Positions 58,801 through 64,000 of a stretch of DNA of 64,000 nt are shown in pieces (the stretch's first letter is position 1; the number at the start of each line of letters is the position of its first letter). The translations under genes were made by a program, and so were the position numbers. The notes beneath the pieces are model-generated. The model saw only the letters and a program-made list of their open reading frames with translations. It ran no database searches and was not told the origin of the DNA. Origin of the DNA: Octopus sinensis (taxonomy: Eukaryota). The stretch is from positions 56,420,001 to 56,484,000 of the forward strand of contig NC_043012.1 of NCBI RefSeq assembly GCF_006345805.1, in the 5' to 3' direction.

Positions 58801-61800
58801 ATAATAAAAGACATATAAGATGGACAAACATTGCTCGTATAAAGATTTGTGAAGTTACTCAAGAAATTATAAGCAATTGTTGCAGAGTATATAAAAGAAA
58901 ATTCAAAATTCATAATTAAAAGATGAAGCTAGTTTATTTAAGTCTAAAAACCTAAAGTAGTTTTTTTTTTTCAAGTATATTGTGTTGTTTAAATAAAGTT
59001 TCCAACACTTACGGAATGAGAATTTCTACTAAGTTGTTTTGTAGAAGTTGTTTTCCAGTCATGATGATACCAAGCTGGATACAAAGCTCAATCAGACAGC
59101 CTCCTGGTTCACACTAGCAGCAGATATAAGGAAATAAAAAGAAATCCTTATTTTATTAGATTTTGCTTAAATGGAATGATTGGGAGAGAAAATAAGAGCA
59201 CGTAACATAGATTAAGGAAACAAGATTAGGGTTTTATGTAGTTCTTTTGCCCACTTGATGTAGTAACCAGATCTCCCTCAACATACTTCTTACAATTATT
59301 GAGATGGAGAGGGTCATGTATATTTTAGACGTTAACTCTTTTGTGGCTATATTTCTAGTATAATAAGATTAAAGGTTTGAATGGATCCTTTGGTCTGGCT
59401 GAGGCCATGTCAACCACTCTAGTGCTGGTGCCATAATAAAATACACCCAGTGGACTTTGTAAAGTGGTTGGTATAAGAAAGGGCTTCCAGTTGGAGATGC
59501 CCTGCCAAAAACAGAATGCTTGAGTGAAGCATGATTCTCTAACTCTTTTCTCTATTTGTCTCTCAGTGTGTGTGTATGTCTGTGTGTGTTTTTTTTTGTT
59601 GTTGTTTTTTGTGGAAGAAGTAACTTTGAATGCCATACTTTTTGGCATACAAGTCAAATACTTCAGGCAAAAATTTAAGCCAAGTTAGGTCAACTTGTAT
59701 ACTAAAATGATTTTGGAGGAGCAAAGCTTCAATGTAAAATGCAACAGGATTTGGAAAGATGCTGACCAATGTTTGAATGTTTACACTACATACTCTGTCA
59801 GCTCATATGCTGGAAAATACAGTATGAAATGGGACAACCTGTCCAACACATGCCAATATGGAAAGAAGATGTAAAATGATGGCAATATGGATATTTTTGT
59901 GTTTCAATTAATTTTGAAATCTGGAGGAATTTAGTAAGAATAACTTATTTTCATTAGGAATGTAACTTAAGTACTAGGAATGTAACTTAACAAAAAATTA
60001 TTTTATTTAGATATGAACACTAAAAAAATGAACAGTTTTATATCATATTGTCAGAAGCGGTCACAGCTGTTCAAGTGTTGTGGTACCAAAAGTATTGATC
60101 TTACAATAGTATGGCTACCATTGGAATGTTAATTAAATGGTGTTTCAATCAGCTGTTGCCTTGACAAAAAGTTTGCTTAATAACAGCCACAAAAGAATTG
60201 GGTAGAGTTGTAAGTTGTAAGGGACTGGAAAGAGCTGTTAATGTAATTAGTTATTGTACACTAAAATATCTAATACAAATAAAAAGGAAACTCCATTTAT
60301 GTTTTGGAGTATAGAGGGTTAAAGCTGACCCACTGCATTGGTTTCTTCACGGTGAGTATTTTTTTAATTCAAATTAAAAAAAGATTTTAATCCCACTTTT
60401 TAAAGTTAAGATAATTAAAAGTACATTTTGCTTACAACTCAGATATATTTGAATGTATTTATTATGTCCTTCAAAACTATTTATCCTTATTTTATAGAGG
60501 TGAAACATGCTAAAACAGTAGTGAGGAAGAGAAGAAATTGTGCATGCAAGCTAACTCACATAAGATCTAAGATAAAAGAATGCGAGACAAACAATGAGCT
60601 GTATCAATAGGATACTAGAATAGTCTTAGGCACAGTAGTCACAAATGATAACAGCATATATACAGAAAGTGTCTAGAAGTAGAAGTTATTCAGGAGAAGA
60701 ATATTTTTCAATCAATCAGAGGAAAAAAAGAATGTGCTGAAGACTAAAAAAAAAAAAAATTTCAATTTATTTTACCTCTTCCTGACGCGCACCAAAAATA
60801 GTATTATATTTTCCTGGTCTCCCTACAAATCTTGAATACAAACAGAAAAATTGTTGTAAGTCTTACTGCAGAAAAATAGCTATTAAAGATTATCAGCTGC
60901 AAATACAAATATCACTAAATCCGCATGCTTTTTTTATTCTCACTCTGTTTATTTCTTCATATTCCTTTCTGTTGAAAGGCGTATGCTCGAAATGTAAAAG
61001 ACTTTCTCACTTTCCCTGAGTGTCAAACTAATACACTTGCTTGTTGTTCATACACCTGTCTTCATCTTTTTTTTTTCTGTAAATTTCAACTATATATATA
61101 TATATATTGTAGAAATTTAAGAAAGAAAATTTTGACATAAAGATTACAAACTACAAAGTTGTGCACATAGAACATAGAACTCATTAAAATTTTTTTTTAC
61201 TTTAAATATATTTTCAACTATGTAGTTTAAAATAGAGACAAATAGAAGGAAGGATTTATGGATGGATGTGTTTTGACTTAAATTTACAGCAGTCATTTCA
61301 TAGTATTTCTTAGATGAACATTTTATTCTCATTACTTTGGTGTATCTATCTATTAGGAATAAATGTTAGGTCATCTAGGAATTTGTGTTCAAGGAATTAA
61401 GTCCTTCCACACTCTATATTAAATAATGTTATATTGCATCTTTTAAAACCTCCATGCTTCCTGAAATTCGCCAACACTACACCTGATATCCCCCCACCTC
61501 TGTACGCATGCACTCATGTATATCATAACTCATACACTGTTCGCTTTCCTGGCATTTGTACATAATTCTATATACTATAAATGCACCTTTGATGAGTTGT
61601 AGTGTACCTTAACACCATACACAATAATTTCATTATTATTATTATTATGGTGATGATAAGGGGTAAATATAATAGTCACTGAGCTTCATTCAGTTCAAAC
61701 CATTTGTTGATAGTTGGTTTTTAGTATTTTGATCGGAATGACTTCTACAGGTCACCAATTTTACAGTCTAAGTCTCTGATGGTAACTGCAGGTACATATG

Positions 61801-62378
61801 AGACAAACTCAATTATATCCAGAACGAATTCTGTGAGACAGCATTTCATACTATCAGTACCATAATTCCTGAAGATGCTGGAAGTCAATGGGATAACTAT
61901 TGTTACTAGTTGCCTGCAGGGTTCCAAGCCCAGGAAACAACTCTTCTAATGCTTGTTTCTTGAAGTTACTACATATCAGTGAAAGTACAACCACTGCTAT
62001 CCACAAGGCACTCCTGAGAGATGAGGTCGATATAAAGCTGGTTCAGTCAAGACCTTCCCAACAGAAATATGTAACCCATGCTAGCATAAGAAACATATGA
62101 AGATGATGATATATATATATATGAATAATGGCATTATAGTGTAATTAATATTTAGTAATATAAGGTGAAGAAAATAGAAAAAAATAGAACAAGTTGAAAC
62201 ATTGAGAAATTGTCAATAATTTCATGAACATACTTACTTTCCTTTGAAGAAAGCGATATAAATGATAGAGGAATAATAATTGACAAATTGCAGAGCGAAT
62301 AGTTTGAAGGTCAGGCTATTATCATACTCTGTTTGTGTACGTAAACATTCCAAATCAGTCAACCAGAAAGCTGCTCTT
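40953..62378 (-). CDS. Anoctamin/TMEM16 family protein (ANO1-7 clade; Ca2+-activated channel/scramblase), 3' partial spliced CDS, 9 exons
   Basis: Exons 62238-62378, 60776-60830, 59013-59113, 53483-53616, 51268-51420, 49207-49259, 46058-46239, 42799-42904 and 40953-41192 splice in frame. Hallmark motifs: [93 protein letters not shown]. Exact orthologue not assignable by eye. Confidence 0.96.
41320..41990 (-). mobile_element. 5'-truncated CR1-like LINE (RT C-terminus, 3' UTR, (ATT)n tail)
   Basis: Translates [40 protein letters not shown]...[11 protein letters not shown], the CR1/L2-type RT C-terminal signature; frameshifted. Confidence 0.88.
41992..42207. mobile_element. Degenerate piggyBac-like MITE (family of 57813)
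   Basis: Shares TTTTGAATTAA.CATGCAT and GTTTGAACATAAAACAG blocks. Confidence 0.6.
42217..42692. mobile_element. MITE/fold-back with ~100-bp inverted arms
   Basis: CCATATAAC...GTTATATGG termini; perfect 18-bp core 42285-42302 / 42608-42625. Confidence 0.8.
42799..42904 (-). CDS. Anoctamin exon (TM10), 106 bp
   Basis: Encodes [35 protein letters not shown]. Acceptor TTCACAG; weak donor GTTTGT; phase 2/0. Confidence 0.93.
43235..43765 (+). mobile_element. RTE LINE 3' end, linking RT coding remnant to the family D tail
   Basis: Translates [25 protein letters not shown] and DLW*YAMLEKT (the latter duplicated at about 43495), then runs into GGCAC modules, the D core and GATGAT. Confidence 0.82.
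44063..44724 (+). mobile_element. Family A SINE with a D element (44260-44444) inside its (TA)n
   Basis: Direct reading against the A and D consensus. Confidence 0.85.
45541..45952 (-). mobile_element. Family A SINE
   Basis: Reverse-complement A, tail to head. Confidence 0.87.
46058..46239 (-). CDS. Anoctamin exon (TM9-10 extracellular loop), 182 bp
   Basis: Encodes [60 protein letters not shown](R). Donor GTAAGT; phase 0/2. Confidence 0.95.
46257..46438. repeat. (GAAA)n(GGAA)n(GAAA)n purine tract
   Basis: Forms a ~180-nt pyrimidine tract on the anoctamin sense strand, abutting the 46240 acceptor. Confidence 0.95.
46463..46948 (+). mobile_element. Diverged family A SINE
   Basis: GGTTCAGTCCC head, long (TG)n, GATAGAATAAG-like body, GACTGAAA tail. 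Confidence 0.75.
47501..48345 (+). mobile_element. Composite D/RTE-tail element with a 217-bp duplication and ~60-bp modules, inserted in a minus-strand A SINE (47285-48520)
   Basis: 47501-47717 repeats at 47843-48059; CACCATCCGA.CGTGGCCGT modules; D core; (GAT)n. Confidence 0.85.
49207..49259 (-). CDS. Anoctamin exon (TM9), 53 bp
   Basis: Encodes (G)[17 protein letters not shown]. Acceptor TTTATAG; donor GTAAGT; phase 1/0. Confidence 0.93.
49365..50250 (-). mobile_element. Head-to-tail chain of 4 family B2 SINEs plus a fifth tail
   Basis: Units at about 49365-49577, 49605-49815, 49816-49997, 50003-50209 and 50215-50250. Confidence 0.85.
50252..50600 (+). mobile_element. Family A SINE
   Basis: Consensus body and tail. 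Confidence 0.82.
50940..51159. mobile_element. Second piggyBac-like MITE family
   Basis: TTAA|CTCTTTTGATACC...AGTACCAAAAGGG|TTAT. Confidence 0.55.
51268..51420 (-). CDS. Anoctamin exon (TM7-TM8), 153 bp
   Basis: Encodes (I)[50 protein letters not shown](G). Donor GTGAGT; phase 1/1. Confidence 0.95.
51505..51700 (+). mobile_element. Family C SINE
   Basis: GGTGAGGTGTGTGGCTTAGTGG...GGTTTCAATTCC...GTTCTTGAGCAAAACACTT. Confidence 0.75.
52470..52717. repeat. ~250-bp fold-back palindrome with a 30-nt loop
   Basis: Perfect 17-bp (52485-52501 / 52684-52700) and 13-bp (52566-52578 / 52609-52621) blocks within ~110-nt arms. Confidence 0.9.
52780..53113 (-). mobile_element. Family A SINE
   Basis: Reverse-complement consensus. 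Confidence 0.83.
53175..53442 (+). mobile_element. Family D repeat, ending ~40 nt from the donor at 53482
   Basis: Modules, core and (GAT)n. Confidence 0.87.
53483..53616 (-). CDS. Anoctamin exon (TM6-7 linker), 134 bp
   Basis: Encodes [44 protein letters not shown]. Acceptor TTTCCAG; donor GTGAGT; phase 2/1. Confidence 0.93.
53772..54283. mobile_element. Tc/pogo-like non-autonomous DNA transposon (512 bp)
   Basis: TA|CCGTAAATCCTCGTGTATA...TATACTCGAGGATTTACGG|TA. Confidence 0.88.
55884..56296 (+). pseudogene. R4/Dong-like non-LTR retrotransposon remnant: restriction-like endonuclease domain, frameshifted
   Basis: Across frameshifts: [21 protein letters not shown] / [12 protein letters not shown] / [28 protein letters not shown] / MWHLK..VIVGALG..LRRALSL*. 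Has the KPD..D..K..KY RLE signature. Abuts (TAA)n at 55854-55883. Confidence 0.82.
56416..56769 (-). mobile_element. Family A SINE, followed by B2 (+) at about 56815-57030 and D (+) at about 57190-57378
   Basis: Consensus matches. Confidence 0.8.
57403..58042 (+). mobile_element. Solo-LTR-like element related to 14124, interrupted near its 3' end by a MITE
   Basis: TGTAGCGTGGCACAAGTAGCCAGCACC start, TATTTAA at 57538, AATAAA at 57754, CpG-rich. Confidence 0.5.
57813..58034. mobile_element. piggyBac-like MITE (222 bp)
   Basis: TTAA TSD at 57809-57812 and 58035-58038; TIR CCCTTTAGT(G/A)TTT (12/13). Confidence 0.85.
59013..59113 (-). CDS. Anoctamin exon (TM6), 101 bp
   Basis: Encodes [33 protein letters not shown](P). 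Acceptor CTAG; donor GTAAGT; phase 0/2. Confidence 0.95.
60776..60830 (-). CDS. Anoctamin exon (TM5-6 loop), 55 bp
   Basis: Encodes [18 protein letters not shown]. Acceptor TTCAAG; donor GTAAAA; phase 2/0. Confidence 0.92.
60940..61095 (+). mobile_element. Penelope-like terminal repeat with a hammerhead-like core
   Basis: CTTT-CTGTTGA-A-AGGC-GTAT-GCTC-GAAAT-GTA-AAAG at 60965-61000; ends in AAC-(TA)n. Confidence 0.55.
61445..61648 (+). mobile_element. 3' UTR fragment of the same CR1-like LINE as 41320
   Basis: Reverse complement of about 41325-41520; ends ACAATAATTTC(ATT)n. Confidence 0.75.
62238..62378 (-). CDS. Anoctamin exon (end of TM4 to TM5), 141 bp
   Basis: Encodes [46 protein letters not shown](K). 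Acceptor TTTACAG; donor GTAAGT; phase 2/2. Confidence 0.95.
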
Positions 62379-62480
62379 CTGTAAATCTGATTTAGAAAAA
62401 TTGAAAACATATATTTTTGTAGACATTATCGGCATATAATGTTGATGATGAAAAAGATGATTAACAACAGAGGGGAAAAC

Positions 62481-62915
62481 TGCCGGGTTAAATGCTCAGC
62501 AGCATTTTGTCTGTCTTTAATGTTCTGAGTTCAAATTCCACCAAGGTTGACGTCTTTCATTCTTTCTGGGCTGATAAAGTGAGTACCAGTTGAACACTGG
62601 GATTGATGTAATTGCGACTTACCCACTCCCCAAAAATTGCTTGCCTTGAGTGAGAATTTGAAACCAATAAAGAGGAAGATCAAAATAATACTTATAGTAA
62701 GTTTCAAATTTTGGCATAGGGTTAGCAATTTTAGGGGTCAGGGTCAGTCAATTATAACGGCTCCAGTACTTGATTGGTACTTTATTTTATCAATCCTGAA
62801 ATGATGAATGGCGAAGTCAACCCTGGTGGTATTTGAACTAATGCAAAGAACCAAAAGAAATGCTGTTAAGCATTTTGTCCAATATGCTAATGATTCTGCC
62901 AGATCATGCCCTTAA
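62481..62915. mobile_element. Tail-to-tail inverted pair of B2 SINEs
   Basis: B2(+) at about 62481-62668 and B2(-) at about 62700-62915. Confidence 0.75.
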
Positions 62916-63865
62916 TAACACTTATAATAAGGATGATAATTATACTACATCACAGTTAATCTTCTGACTAAACTAAAGCAGCTAGGTTTCCATTTTTTTT
63001 TAATTGCTGGTAACCATTAGTTATTCATAGGTCCTTATTATAATAGTAATGATGATAATGACTTAACATAAGCACAAGTCCATAAATTTGTGTGAGGTGG
63101 GTGACAATGTTACATCACCCAACCTACCCAGTATTTCTCTGATACTTGCTTTATTAACCATGGAAAGATAAAAGCTAATATTTTTTTTCAACTGCATTTT
63201 ACAGCCAGAGGTGTATATGATGGAATAAAATTATATAAAACATCATTTAGCATAACAACCAAATAGTTCAAGTTCAACATGTGAAAGTATATTCAATCAT
63301 TATAATGTATTTACATATGGCAATGAGTACTGCTACTGACAAAGCCCAATGATGCAGAAATGCATGTTTAGCATTCTCACTGTCACTATTGGATAATTTT
63401 TATATGCTACTGATATATTCGTGTCTTCAAACAGCACATTCATAGGAGATATTATCTTTGGATAAATACTGCAGTAAATATGCTTTCTTCATAATGTGTT
63501 TACATCAAGTATGATACACAGATGGCTATTTTAATCTAATTCTATTTCTGTAGCAAATAACAGGTATTTCTATGTGTTTCAAACAGATTAGAATAACAAT
63601 GAAAACAATAAATTTAATGTTTCAATGCTTCAGAGTTGTATTTGTCTGGCAAATAACTTGCATCAGAAACCAAGTGTTGAACTTGAAGCAACTACATAGT
63701 GGAAGGGTCATTTTAGCGATCTGAAAACAAACAAAAACTGCTATGTGCACTTTTCATCAATTTGTGAGGTGTCAAAATTTTGTCACACCACCACAATAAC
63801 CTGGTAACTGACACAGGACACAGTTTCAAACAACTATAGTGGAAATGTTAATGTGTGTGTGTGTG

Positions 63866-64000
63866 TGAACAAAGGTGGGCTGAAACGTTCCTGGCTTTGA
63901 ATAAAAGAAAATACAGGAGGATCAGTTAATTATGATTTTATTCAACATATTCCCCTTTCATATTCACATACCTATTGCAGCAATCCTTCAGTTTTTCTAA
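63866..64000. mobile_element. Mariner-like element end, cut by the window edge
   Basis: ACAAAGGTGGGCTGAAACGTTCCTGGCTTT...TTTTATTCAACATATTCCCC resembles mariner-type TIR and subterminal sequence. Confidence 0.5.

Noticed and set aside
59563-59769. ORF as an extra anoctamin exon
   Set aside because: The flanking exons already join in frame with no gap against the family alignment, and there is no TMEM16 similarity.
61745-61927. 60-aa minus-strand ORF
   Set aside because: No recognisable homology or splice context.
63600-63722. Acceptor-like TTTTCAG at about 63722 as the next upstream anoctamin exon
   Set aside because: The only open frame does not resemble TM3-4 and has no suitable phase-2 donor.

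Overview
Animal genomic DNA, AT-rich and dominated by repeats. The SINE/RTE/MITE content and gene sequences point to an octopus (coleoid cephalopod); this is inferred, not verified. Two minus-strand, intron-rich genes could be rebuilt by hand, with GT-AG sites and consistent phases. (1) The 5' half of ATG101: 5 coding exons, 16178 to 4235, about 96 aa; the remaining exons were not found and probably lie left of the window. (2) The 3' part of an anoctamin/TMEM16 gene: 9 exons, 62378 to the stop at 40953, covering the end of TM4 to the C-terminus, with all Ca2+-binding residues present. No exons were found in the roughly 24 kb between the genes. The rest is tRNA-derived SINE families (called A, B, C here), RTE 3' tails (D), fragments of CR1-like and R4/Dong-like LINEs, solo-LTR-like elements, Tc/mariner-, piggyBac-, hAT- and Merlin-like MITEs, fold-back elements and microsatellites. 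No true tRNA, rRNA or CRISPR is supported. I cannot demonstrate a new biological system. The best leads are: a Penelope-like repeat family carrying non-canonical minimal hammerhead ribozyme cores; an ATG101 intronic hairpin whose transitions are all G-U pairs on the transcribed strand; a 25-nt SINE 5' head captured between 18-bp direct repeats; an anoctamin with mixed channel/scramblase signatures; and a G-poor modular repeat that was copied into a SINE. Repeat boundaries are approximate.
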